Origin: a virus
Taxonomy: Duplodnaviria > Caudoviricetes
IMG/VR virus record: IMGVR_UViG_3300042191_000151
Location: 1 to 42,700 of that record
Length of the DNA: 42,700 bases
Strand: one strand, 5' to 3'
Below, piece after piece: positions 1-8,203 of the stretch. Every line of letters starts with the position of its first letter. Within the stretch, counting starts at the first letter, position 1. Made by a program: the position numbers and the translations under genes. The notes below the pieces were generated by a model that searched no databases, was not told where the DNA came from, and saw only the letters and a program-made list of their open reading frames with translations.

Positions 1-127
1 GGCGTGCCCGTGTCGCGCGCGATCGAGCGGATCGAATCACCGATCGCGTTGAGGCCCTCGGGCGTCTCCCGGGCGATCGTGTTGATCGTGTTGAGCTGGG
101 CCTCGAAGTCGCCGGCGACGTTGACCG
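1..127. repeat. Terminal direct repeat, copy 1 (circular overlap)
   Basis: 1-127 is identical to 42574-42700, and the tape-measure ORF reads through the join in frame. Confidence 0.97.
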
Positions 128-323
128 CATAGCCGATTGCCCCGGCGGCCGCGGTCGCGCCGAGGATCACGCCGCGCTCGATGTTTCGGCCGAGGTTCCG
201 GCCGGCCTTGCCGGCGATCGCCGCGGTCCTGTTGAGCTCGCGGTTCACGCCGCGCAGGGTCCGCGTCGCTGAGACGTCCTTCCCGGTGACGAGGATCGCG
301 AGCTCTTCCTTCGTCAGGCCCAT
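1..323 (-). CDS. Tail tape measure protein, 5' part (continues across the circular join to 40854; about 680 aa)
   Basis: ATG at 323 overlaps the chaperone stop. Reads MGLTKEELAILVTGKDVSATRTL...AGDFEAQLNTINTIARETPEGLNAIGDSIR, a TP901-type TMP N-terminus. Confidence 0.9.
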   Translation of the reverse strand, partial: MGLTKEELAILVTGKDVSATRTLRGVNRELNRTAAIAGKAGRNLGRNIERGVILGATAAAGAIGYAVNVAGDFEAQLNTINTIARETPEGLNAIGDSIRSIARDTGT

Positions 324-712
324 CAGGCGGGCTCCTCGTCGACGTCGTCGAGCTCGAGGACCGCGCGCAGCTCCGTCTGGGCCTGCTTCGCCTGGCGCAG
401 TGCCCGCAGGTCGCTGTCGCGCTCGCGCCCGATGGCGACCCGGGCGGCCGCCGGGCTCATCGCCGAGAGCTCCAGCTGCCGGATCTGGCTCGCGAGGTCA
501 CGGCGGATCTCGGGCGCCCGCGCTCGGGCGTACACGAGGAGCCGGGCCGCGACGACGTCACGCTCGTCGGCCGTGGCCAGGCGGTCGCGGTCCCAGCCGG
601 GCAGCTCGGCCATGATCAGGTGCTCGTAGAGCTCGGCGGCGTCTCGGTCATCTGGGTGGGGGAAGCGCTCTCCGACCGCCCATCGGGCGAGGGAGCGCCT
701 GGTGCGTTTGGG
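323..712 (-). CDS. Tail assembly chaperone, frameshifted (GT-like) C-terminal part
   Basis: The -1 frame is open from slippery site C CCA AAC (712-706) to a stop overlapping the TMP start. Confidence 0.75.
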   Translation of the reverse strand, partial: PKRTRRSLARWAVGERFPHPDDRDAAELYEHLIMAELPGWDRDRLATADERDVVAARLLVYARARAPEIRRDLASQIRQLELSAMSPAAARVAIGRERDSDLRALRQAKQAQTELRAVLELDDVDEEPA

Positions 713-1086
713 AGTGGGTCGTCCGGGTCGAGCGCGGGCGCGAGGGCCTGCATGAGCCCGTCCTGGACGAGGACCCCGAGCTTGTCCTCGACGCCGGCGA
801 CCGTCGCCTCGTCGAGGAGCGCGACCTGCGCGCTGGTGATCGGGCGAACCGAGCCGTCCGGGAGCACGAGTGTCCAGCTCTTGACGCCGAGCAGGATCGC
901 GACCTGGTAGCCTGCCTCGACGCCGGCGGTGCGGGCGGTCTGCCGGATCCGGCCGCGCTCGCCGTAGCCGAAGCGCACCACCACTTCGGCGCTGTCGCGC
1001 ACGTGCGGCGAGGGTGTGACCGGGCAGCGACACGGGCCGAGGTCGGCCGTGCGCGTCGCCGCCTGATCGACGTAGTTCGTGGCCAC
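616..1086 (-). CDS. Tail assembly chaperone (G-like)
   Basis: GTG at 1086 just after the tail tube stop; canonical position between tail tube and TMP; contains an X XXY YYZ heptamer. Confidence 0.75.
   Translation of the reverse strand: MATNYVDQAATRTADLGPCRCPVTPSPHVRDSAEVVVRFGYGERGRIRQTARTAGVEAGYQVAILLGVKSWTLVLPDGSVRPITSAQVALLDEATVAGVEDKLGVLVQDGLMQALAPALDPDDPLPNAPGAPSPDGRSESASPTQMTETPPSSTST
706..712 (-). other. -1 programmed ribosomal frameshift site CCCAAAC
   Basis: In-frame C CCA AAC (Pro-Asn); the -1 frame continues PKRTRRSLARW. Confidence 0.75.
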
Positions 1087-1091
1087 CGCGG

Positions 1092-2366
1092 CTAGGTCAG
1101 CGGCCCGTTGACCGCGTTGATGACGACGGCCTGGAGGTACGAGGCGAGCGTGCTGTCGTAGACGGGATGCCCGGCGACCGCGTACACGGCCTCGCCGTCG
1201 CGCTCGGTCCGCTTGACGCTGTCGAAGCGGACACGATGGTCGAGCCGGAAGGCCTTCGTGCCCGAGCCCGTGGCTCCCACCCGCCAGCGCTGTTCGCCGG
1301 CGACCGCGCCCGAGCCGTTGTAGACGTCGAGGATCGCGGCCTTCGATGCGGCGTTGATCTTGACCTGCGCCTCGATCGTCGCCTCGGGCTTCTTGATGCC
1401 GTAGCCGACCGAGAGGTCGGACGAGCCCCCGTACGCGCGGTACGGTCGCTCGCCGGCGATCTTGAGCTTGTACATGACCAGGCTGTTGGTGAGGGCCGCG
1501 AGCGACGCGAACGCCGTCGAGGTCGATCCGGTCAGCAGCGTCGTCAGGTGACCCTCGATGGTCTCCATGCCCGACGTCGCCGCCAGGGCGGCCGTGAGGG
1601 TCGCCACGGAGCGATCGAGCGCCTGCAGCGTGGCCGTGACCTTCCACGGCGAATCGCCCGGGGCGGTCAGGGCGTCGAAGCCGATCTCGAGGTCGGTGAC
1701 GATGCACGTCGAGAGCTGGTACTCGTCGGTCGTCGATTCCGAGCCGACCTCGGCCGTGTAGAGCTTGGTCGTGTCGCTCGTGTTGTCCGCGGTGTAGGTC
1801 CACGTATGGGTGGGCCCCACCGAGACCGTGCCCGCGGTGATGTCGGTTGTGAAGTTGACCGCTGCGCCGCCCGCCGTCGCGCTGACCTGGAACGTCTGGG
1901 CCGCGAGGTTCGCGGCGATGACGAAGTAGGGAGTGTTGATCGACAAGCCGGCCCCGCCAGTCAGGGCGGTGAAGACGACCTGGTCGCCGGCGGACAGCCC
2001 GTGCGGCGCCGCCGTGTCGATGATGTCGTCGGCCGCGGCGGAGGGGTTCGCGAGCGTGACCGCCGTGCCGCTCGGCACGACGCCGCCGGCGAGGCGCATC
2101 TCGAGGAACCGCATGATGTCCTCGAAGCGCGCCACGAAGGTGACCGGCACGCCCGACGCACGAAGACCGTACGAGCCTCGCCCCGGCTGGTGCCGGGCGA
2201 GCATGCCGAAGTCCTCGTCCGGGCTCTCGTAGCCGCGGTCAAGATCGGGATCGATGATCCCGGCTTCGATGGGGTAGACGATGGTCGCCGCCACCGCGGC
2301 GCCGGGCGCCGCCGGCGTGCCGGTCTGGAGGCCCAGCTGGAGCTTGTCGAAGACGATCTCGGCCAC
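1092..2366 (-). CDS. Major tail (tube) protein with an inserted beta-rich domain
   Basis: Position before the chaperone and TMP; Thr/Ala/Gly-rich beta protein; N-terminal KLQLGLQTGT and HTWTYT motifs resemble tail tubes. Confidence 0.75.
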   Translation of the reverse strand: MAEIVFDKLQLGLQTGTPAAPGAAVAATIVYPIEAGIIDPDLDRGYESPDEDFGMLARHQPGRGSYGLRASGVPVTFVARFEDIMRFLEMRLAGGVVPSGTAVTLANPSAAADDIIDTAAPHGLSAGDQVVFTALTGGAGLSINTPYFVIAANLAAQTFQVSATAGGAAVNFTTDITAGTVSVGPTHTWTYTADNTSDTTKLYTAEVGSESTTDEYQLSTCIVTDLEIGFDALTAPGDSPWKVTATLQALDRSVATLTAALAATSGMETIEGHLTTLLTGSTSTAFASLAALTNSLVMYKLKIAGERPYRAYGGSSDLSVGYGIKKPEATIEAQVKINAASKAAILDVYNGSGAVAGEQRWRVGATGSGTKAFRLDHRVRFDSVKRTERDGEAVYAVAGHPVYDSTLASYLQAVVINAVNGPLT

Positions 2367-2369
2367 GGC

Positions 2370-2774
2370 TCAGGCCTCCGGCTGGGCCGGCGTGTCCGCC
2401 GGCGTGGGGGGTTCGATGGGCACCGTCGCCGGCTCTGCCGTCGCGATCGCGTAGACCGCCTTGTAGACCGCCTTGCCGTCGACCTTCCGGGACAACAGGA
2501 GCTCGACGAGCGCGGCGCAGGCCTTCTGGTCCGGCTGCTCCGGATTCGGGTGCGCGGGGCTGCCCGGCGTCCCGTCGTAGCTCCGGACCTGGTCGGCGTA
2601 GACGAGGCGCGTGATGTCGGCGTGGGTGAGGTCGCGAGCGGGAATGCCGAGCAGGTGCGGGACGCCCTCGTCTGTGCCCTGGTAGGCGAGCACGACGGCC
2701 TCGGACCGGGGATCGAACGCCCCGGCGGCCGCGGCCTTGCTCGAGGCCTTCGCCTTGGTCTTGCTGGCCGTCAT
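2370..2774 (-). CDS. Hypothetical protein (neck/tail region)
   Basis: ORF fills the gap; ATG at 2774 follows an AAGGAG RBS. Confidence 0.65.
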   Translation of the reverse strand: MTASKTKAKASSKAAAAGAFDPRSEAVVLAYQGTDEGVPHLLGIPARDLTHADITRLVYADQVRSYDGTPGSPAHPNPEQPDQKACAALVELLLSRKVDGKAVYKAVYAIATAEPATVPIEPPTPADTPAQPEA

Positions 2775-2787
2775 CGATGAGCTCCTT

Positions 2788-3330
2788 TCACGCCGGCTTC
2801 GCGCTGATCGCACGGTTGCCCTTGACCTGGAGGTTGAACGGCAGGGTCAGGAAGAGGCGCGCGCCGGCGCCCTCGGCGCGCTCGCCGCGGGGGACCGAGG
2901 CCGCGCGGATTCCCGGGCCGCCCATCAGCACGAGCGAGGCGATCTCGGGGATCTGGAGGTAGCCCTTCGAGTGGGCGATGCACGCGTCGGCGATCGCGTC
3001 GCGGTCGCTGTACAGCGCCGCGGTGTTCTCGCCGAGCGGGGTGCGATCGCGCCAGACCCGGCCCTGGAGGTTGAACGTGAGGCGCTCGTTGCCCGGCTGC
3101 AGGAGCGGCGACCAGGGCCCGAGCGCGAGGGTCACGACGGGCAGCTCGTGCTCGGTGAACTCGTCGTCGAGCGGGACGATCGAATCCTCGAGCACCGCGA
3201 GTTCCTCGGCCATCTGCTCGCTCATGCCGGCGGTGAAGATGTAGCTCGACGCCCCGACCGCCTCGGCGCATACACGGGCGGCGCCGACGAGCACGGCGTT
3301 GGTGTAGGCGTGGGTGAGCGATTCGGCCAT
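2788..3330 (-). CDS. Putative tail terminator/completion protein
   Basis: Size and position between the gp10-like gene and the tail tube gene. Confidence 0.55.
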   Translation of the reverse strand: MAESLTHAYTNAVLVGAARVCAEAVGASSYIFTAGMSEQMAEELAVLEDSIVPLDDEFTEHELPVVTLALGPWSPLLQPGNERLTFNLQGRVWRDRTPLGENTAALYSDRDAIADACIAHSKGYLQIPEIASLVLMGGPGIRAASVPRGERAEGAGARLFLTLPFNLQVKGNRAISAKPA

Positions 3331-3806
3331 CAGTCAGCCTCGAAGAGCACTCGCGCGACGGCATCGCGCGCTTCGGGCTCGCGGTCGGCGAACGCCGAGT
3401 GGAGGATCGGCCGGGCTCGCATCCCGGGATGGCGCACGGTGCCCCTTGCGAAGAAGGCGCGCTTCCGGAAGCGGGAGCCGGCCGGGCCGCCCATCGCCCC
3501 ACCGCTGATCTCGTGTGCGCCGGCGCCGGGCTCGAAGATATTGAACAGCGGGCTCTTCGGGCGGACGATCGCGGTCGGCACGCCGCCCCGGCGCATCGAG
3601 GACGAGACCTTGAGGCCGATCTTCTGGAACGAATCGGGGAGGTTGCCGGTCGGCTCCGCGCGGGCCGTCGAGGCGAGGCTCTTCTTGAACTCGTTGCCGC
3701 CGGCGCGTACGGCCCGGCGCATCCGGTTGGCCAGGGCCTTGCCGGAGTGGCGCTCGAGCATCGCCTTGACCTCGGCCGTGCCCCGGAGGTCGAACGTGAC
3801 GCTCAT
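3330..3806 (-). CDS. HK97 gp10-like neck protein
   Basis: MSVTFDLRG..MRRAVRAGG..PTGNL..IFEPGAGAH..HPGMRARPILHSAF matches the gp10-family pattern. Confidence 0.75.
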   Translation of the reverse strand: MSVTFDLRGTAEVKAMLERHSGKALANRMRRAVRAGGNEFKKSLASTARAEPTGNLPDSFQKIGLKVSSSMRRGGVPTAIVRPKSPLFNIFEPGAGAHEISGGAMGGPAGSRFRKRAFFARGTVRHPGMRARPILHSAFADREPEARDAVARVLFEAD

Positions 3807-3808
3807 CG

Positions 3809-4450
3809 TCAGGCCTCGCACGCGTAGAAGCGATGGTTCTCGCGCTTGATCAGCTTCCAGGTCACGTCGGGCCAGCGCCCGGACACGGTCGGGCGACCGT
3901 ACGCGTCCTCCGCCGGCACGTTGCCCTCGTAGGACGGATCCGCGAAGGCGATCTGGCGGGCGCGTTCGGCCACGCCCTCGATCGCCGCGTACGGGACGCT
4001 GTCCCAGCCCTCGGCACCGGTCAGGCGCACGGTCTTGGTTCCGCGCGGAAACGCGCTGTACGTGCCCGTCGAGAGCATGCGCAGGTGGAAGTACGGCTCG
4101 CCCGCCGGCGGCTCGTCGGAGCTGTAGGCATCCCACTGGAGCGTCCAGTCGGTCGTCGCGAGCGCGGTGAACGTGAGCCCGCCGTCGAACGAGATCTCGA
4201 CGAGCGAGAGCTCGATGACGCCGCGGTGCGCATGGAGCAGGCCCTTGCCGTTCCCGTCGACCGTCCAGGTCTTGGTGCCGGTCGTGGGGCTGCGCAGGAA
4301 TGACGTCCCGCCGAGCTCGTCGCGGAGCTCGTCGGTCGCGGTCTGCAGCAGGCCCTCGAGGCGGATGCGGCGGGCGCCCTTGGGCTCCGTGTTGAAGAAC
4401 GCCAGGACGTCGTCGATCGTCGCGATCGGCGCCGACGCGGTTGCGGTCAC
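3809..4450 (-). CDS. Head-tail adaptor/connector protein
   Basis: ATIDDV..LEGLLQTATDEL..DGNG..VRLTGAEGWDSVP pattern and position after the head genes. Confidence 0.7.
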   Translation of the reverse strand: MTATASAPIATIDDVLAFFNTEPKGARRIRLEGLLQTATDELRDELGGTSFLRSPTTGTKTWTVDGNGKGLLHAHRGVIELSLVEISFDGGLTFTALATTDWTLQWDAYSSDEPPAGEPYFHLRMLSTGTYSAFPRGTKTVRLTGAEGWDSVPYAAIEGVAERARQIAFADPSYEGNVPAEDAYGRPTVSGRWPDVTWKLIKRENHRFYACEA

Positions 4451-4453
4451 GGG

Positions 4454-4843
4454 TCAGGCGGGGCCATAGAGAATCACGACCTTGCCCGCGGCCGAGTTGA
4501 CGGCGTTGTTGGCGAAGGTGAGGGTCAGGACGTCCGAGCGACTGATGGCCGGGTGGATCGTCGAGCCCGAGTACACGGGGATGGCGCTCTCGGTGGTCGC
4601 CGTGGCGCGATTGAGCCCAACGCCCTGGAGGCGATCGATGCCCTGGTCATCGACGAGCGTGATGTCGTAGAGGTTGGTCGGCGCGACCGCGCCCGGGTTC
4701 GTGGTCAGCTCCAGGAGCCGGCCCTCGAAGACGGGCATGACCGTGGCCGGGATCGTCGCGTCGGCCGCGTCGGCGACCCAGTCGATGACGATCTTGCGAA
4801 CGTGGCCCAGGGTGTGGTGCGTGACCGTGGTGGATCCGGCCAT
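4454..4843 (-). CDS. Hypothetical virion protein (beta-rich)
   Basis: Coupled ORF in the head module. Confidence 0.6.
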   Translation of the reverse strand: MAGSTTVTHHTLGHVRKIVIDWVADAADATIPATVMPVFEGRLLELTTNPGAVAPTNLYDITLVDDQGIDRLQGVGLNRATATTESAIPVYSGSTIHPAISRSDVLTLTFANNAVNSAAGKVVILYGPA

Positions 4844-4998
4844 CAGCGCTTCCCCTTCTTCGGCGCGTCGCCGCCGTCACTCGACTTCGGCCAGGCGGCG
4901 AGGCGATTCACGACAGCCGTCGGGGCGGCGAGTGCCGTCCGGCTCTTCTTCGGCGTGGCCTTCACGGCGAGTGCCGTCCGGCTCTTCTTCGCAGCCAT
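4843..4998 (-). CDS. Small Lys/Ala/Pro-rich basic protein, 51 aa (not in the ORF track)
   Basis: MAAKKSRTALAVKATPKKSRTALAAPT...APKKGKR exactly fills the gap; its stop overlaps the next ATG. Confidence 0.65.
   Translation of the reverse strand: MAAKKSRTALAVKATPKKSRTALAAPTAVVNRLAAWPKSSDGGDAPKKGKR
4926..4991. repeat. 27-bp direct repeat x2 (4926-4952, 4965-4991)
   Basis: cggcgagtgccgtccggctcttcttcg occurs twice with a 39-bp period and encodes KKSRTALA. Confidence 0.9.
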
Positions 4999-5002
4999 CG
5001 GC

Positions 5003-5716
5003 CTAGCGACCGATCTGGATCGCGCGGACGTAGTCGACCTGGCAGGTTTCGACCGCGGCGTTGCCGGTCAGGAAGTGGATCGACGGGGTCAGGAGCTCGT
5101 TGTCGGGGATGTTGGCGGTGTGCTTGGCGACGCTCACCCCATCGACGAAGAACTCGACGGACGTGCCATCGAAGTAGAACTCGAGCAGGTAGTCGGTGTC
5201 GGCGGCGACGGTCAGGACGCTGGCCGTCTCGGTCTCGGTCGAATCCTTCTCGGTGACCGCGGCGAGGCCCGTCGCGCCATCGACCTTGCGGAAGTACACG
5301 CCGTCGGTCATCCCGCCCAGGAGGTCGGTGTCGGTAATGCACAGTCCCACGAGGACGTCGCTCTGCGTCGCCTCACCCATGCGCAGGCGGATTCCGAAGT
5401 AGACGGCCGACTGATCGCTCGACAGCTCGAAGCTCTCGCCGTCGAGCTGGAGATTCGCGCCGTCGTTGTCGGCGTTGTCGGTCGTGATAAGCAGGGCCCC
5501 GCCCGAGACCTGTGGCACGGTGACAGTCGTCTCCCCGCCGCCGCCTGTCTCGACGAGGGTGACGACCCAGCCGTCGAGCGCGTCCGACGCGACGCCCGGG
5601 CTGACGAAGTCGTCGATGAACTTGACGACGTCGGGCCCGACCGCGTCGATGAGGCGCTTCCGGTTGCCCCTGTAGTAGACGAGGTTGTTGCCGATCTGGC
5701 GTGCACCGAGGCTCAT
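5003..5716 (-). CDS. Beta-sandwich (ConA/LamG-like) virion accessory protein
   Basis: Acidic, beta-rich; C-terminal LEFYFDGTSVEFFVDGVSVAKH...VDYVRAIQ; AGGAG RBS. Confidence 0.55.
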   Translation of the reverse strand: MSLGARQIGNNLVYYRGNRKRLIDAVGPDVVKFIDDFVSPGVASDALDGWVVTLVETGGGGETTVTVPQVSGGALLITTDNADNDGANLQLDGESFELSSDQSAVYFGIRLRMGEATQSDVLVGLCITDTDLLGGMTDGVYFRKVDGATGLAAVTEKDSTETETASVLTVAADTDYLLEFYFDGTSVEFFVDGVSVAKHTANIPDNELLTPSIHFLTGNAAVETCQVDYVRAIQIGR

Positions 5717-5810
5717 CGTTTGCTCCTGTCGTGTAGCTCTGGTTAGGGCCCGCGCGCCGGAGTGGAGGTGCTCGCGACGCGCGGGACCGTCAGGTCAGGT
5801 GGTCGGTGGG

Positions 5811-6275
5811 TCAGTCGGTGACCGTGGCGTAGGCGCCGCTGCCGGCGTCCTTCAGCTCGCCGAAGATGAGGACCCCGGACACAACCGGGTCGTTCACGGT
5901 CTCGGCGATCGCCAGGCGGACGTAGCGCCGGGCCGACGGAGCCAGGGCCGACTCGTGGACCTCGATGGCGTCGATCGCGCTGGATCCCGCCGTGGCCTGG
6001 AAGCCCACAGCGGTGGCCGCGGTGACCGCTCCGGACGACTTGCGGTAGTTGAACGGGATGGCCGTGGTGTTCGACGGCGTGGTGTCGTCGCACGCGTCCA
6101 CCGTGTAGGTCGGGGCCGCGGTGCCGCCGGTGGCGACGCCGCGGTAGACCAGGAACACGAGGCGCGTGAACGGCGACATGTCGATGACGTCGGAAGCGAC
6201 CCCACCGGCGTGGGCATCGGCGACGGGGTCGATGCCCTTGACGAACTGGAGGGTCTCGATCAGGAGGCCGGACAT
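5811..6275 (-). CDS. Putative capsid decoration/cement protein
   Basis: Directly follows the MCP; SDVIDM...RYVRL jelly-roll-like pattern; strong AAGGAG RBS. Confidence 0.6.
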   Translation of the reverse strand: MSGLLIETLQFVKGIDPVADAHAGGVASDVIDMSPFTRLVFLVYRGVATGGTAAPTYTVDACDDTTPSNTTAIPFNYRKSSGAVTAATAVGFQATAGSSAIDAIEVHESALAPSARRYVRLAIAETVNDPVVSGVLIFGELKDAGSGAYATVTD

Positions 6276-6306
6276 TGGCTGGTTCTCCTTTCTCTCGCTC
6301 GCCGGA

Positions 6307-7938
6307 CTAGCGGGCGGCCAGGGCGACGAACGGGCTCTTGGTGAACGAGCCCTTGTACGGTGTGATCGCGGAGCTCCAGCCAGGTGCGCCGTTGGTCCGA
6401 AGGATCCAACGGAAGACTTCCTGGTCGGTGAGGAACTCGACGTGGAGCGAGCTGGCCCGGGCGATGCCGCCGCCCTTCTCGAGCCGCAGGTATTCGGCCA
6501 TGTCGATGAAGCTCACGTCGCCGACGTCGCCGGGCGCCGAGGCCTGCTCGATCTCGACGATCGGGCGGCCGAGGATGGTGCCGCCGGGGGCGTCACCGAG
6601 GGCGCCGGTCGGGATGAACATCGGCACGCCGCCGGTCCCGATCACGCGCTCGAGCTTGAAGATTTGGGGCCAAAGGTCGCCGTTGATGTACCAGGTCGCC
6701 CGACGCTTCGAGCGGGCCGGCATGCGGGCGAACATGTTGTCGAAGTTCTCGGTGATGACCGTGTCGGCAGCCTGGCCGGCTTCGGCGGCGACCGAGACGA
6801 GCGCGGCCGCGGTGAGGATGCCCTGCGGCATCCCGGCGCCGGTGCCACGGAGCGCGGCGTCGTCGAGCGCGAACGCGATCTCCGACGTGAACGCGCGATC
6901 CATGAGCACGCCCGAAGCCGCCCAGTCCTGGCCGACCTCGTCGGTCCGGTAGCCCAGGCCCATGAGCTTCGCAAGCTGGAGCTCGAGGCGCTTGATCTTC
7001 GGCTTCTTCGCCGTGACCGCGGTGGCCTCGGGCTCCCAGAAGACCTGGACGCCGCCGTACCGGCTGCCGGTCGCGCGGGTGGTCTCGTCGATCTGGTTGA
7101 TCTTCACGCCGTTCGAGTTCGCCGAGAGCGGGATCGGGGTGGCGGCCGGCCAGAGGACGGCTTCCGTGTCGATCCGCTCGATGAGCGCGTCGTTGTAGTC
7201 CTGCTGGACCGCGAAGCCGCCGTCCGCGCCGATGGTCTCGTTGAGGCCGCTCGCCGCCATCTGGGCCTGCGAGAACTCGTTGATCGCAACCAGGCGCGGA
7301 TCCGGTGCGCCGCCACTCTTCGCGGCGATCGCCGCGCTGCGGATGGCCTGCAGCTGCTCGCCGAACGAAGCGAACGGCTTGGGCGCCTTGGTCGCGTCGA
7401 CGACATCTGCGACCACCGTGGCGGCCGCGCCGGCGTCGACGTCGGGCAGGGCCGGGGCCGTGCGCTGGTGGGAGCGCGACGCCTCGAGCAGCTTCACGTC
7501 CGCGTCGATCGAGGTCAGGCGCTCGTTGATCGCGGTGATCCGCGTGCGCTCCTGCTCGTTGAGACCGCGGTCGCCGCCGTTCGCGGCCCGCGCCTCGGCA
7601 GCGGAGATGATCGTGTCGCGCTCGTCCTCGAGCTCGTTGGCCTCGGCCTGGTGGCCCTGCAGCAGGCTCACGGGCCCGGCGCCGGCGACGAGGGCGAAGC
7701 CGTGGTCGTCGATCACGCCGAGCGCACGGAGCAGCACGAGCGCGCCGATGATGGTCAGGAAGAGGGCCAGGCGGCGATCGACCCGGTAGCCGGCGATCGA
7801 CGGCAGCCCGTAGGAGCCGAAGGCCGACACGGATCCGGCGTACCGCTGGAGTGGGATGTTGCGCATCAGGGCCTCCGGGTTCGGCGCCTGAAACGCGAAA
7901 CGCGCAGCCGGCGCCGTGATGGGTTGGATCACGGTCAT
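6307..7938 (-). CDS. Major capsid protein, HK97 family (start uncertain)
   Basis: Coiled-coil delta domain; DGGFAV, GTGAGMPQGIL, TILGRPIVE, HVEFLTDQEVFR and SPFVALAAR motifs. Confidence 0.95.
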   Translation of the reverse strand: MTVIQPITAPAARFAFQAPNPEALMRNIPLQRYAGSVSAFGSYGLPSIAGYRVDRRLALFLTIIGALVLLRALGVIDDHGFALVAGAGPVSLLQGHQAEANELEDERDTIISAAEARAANGGDRGLNEQERTRITAINERLTSIDADVKLLEASRSHQRTAPALPDVDAGAAATVVADVVDATKAPKPFASFGEQLQAIRSAAIAAKSGGAPDPRLVAINEFSQAQMAASGLNETIGADGGFAVQQDYNDALIERIDTEAVLWPAATPIPLSANSNGVKINQIDETTRATGSRYGGVQVFWEPEATAVTAKKPKIKRLELQLAKLMGLGYRTDEVGQDWAASGVLMDRAFTSEIAFALDDAALRGTGAGMPQGILTAAALVSVAAEAGQAADTVITENFDNMFARMPARSKRRATWYINGDLWPQIFKLERVIGTGGVPMFIPTGALGDAPGGTILGRPIVEIEQASAPGDVGDVSFIDMAEYLRLEKGGGIARASSLHVEFLTDQEVFRWILRTNGAPGWSSAITPYKGSFTKSPFVALAAR

Positions 7939-8030
7939 CAGCTGCGCGCACCATCGGGTGTCGCTGTCTGCGTCACCAGGGGCCGCCGATGCTCAACGGA
8001 GTCGACTTCACCCCTGGCCCGTATTCGCGA

Positions 8031-8105
8031 TGGTTGCGGGCCCCGGACTCGAACCGGAGACCTACGGGTTATGGGCCCGTCGCGCTGCCTCTGCGCCAGC
8101 CCGCC
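8031..8105 (-). tRNA. tRNA with CAU anticodon, initiator-Met-like, 75 nt with encoded CCA
   Basis: Full cloverleaf: acceptor GGCGGGC/GCCCGCA, D stem GCGC/GCGC, anticodon stem ACGGG/CCCGT with loop CCCATAA, T loop TTCGAGT, 3' ACCA. Confidence 0.92.
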
Positions 8106-8110
8106 GCTAG

Positions 8111-8159
8111 ATGATGACTCGGCGACCGGCCCGCCGTCTAGGTCGCAGGATTGCTAGGC
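8111..8159 (-). promoter_or_regulatory. Candidate activator-dependent late promoter (22-bp box at 8138-8159 plus -10-like CATCAT)
   Basis: GCCTAGCAATCCTGCGACCTAG is identical to 18059-18080; 21 nt to CATCAT; the tRNA begins 5 nt later. Confidence 0.65.
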
Positions 8160-8203
8160 CCCGGATCGGGAATCAGGGCTCCCGACCGCCGTGGAGCCAG
8201 AGC

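Noticed and set aside
5748-5787. Hairpin after the decoration gene as an intrinsic terminator
   Set aside because: A stem is present but there is no U-tract on either strand, so it cannot be called a terminator.
8031-8105. tRNA as a reconstituted integration target
   Set aside because: It lies inside the head operon, is complete, is not duplicated, and the integrase is serine-type.
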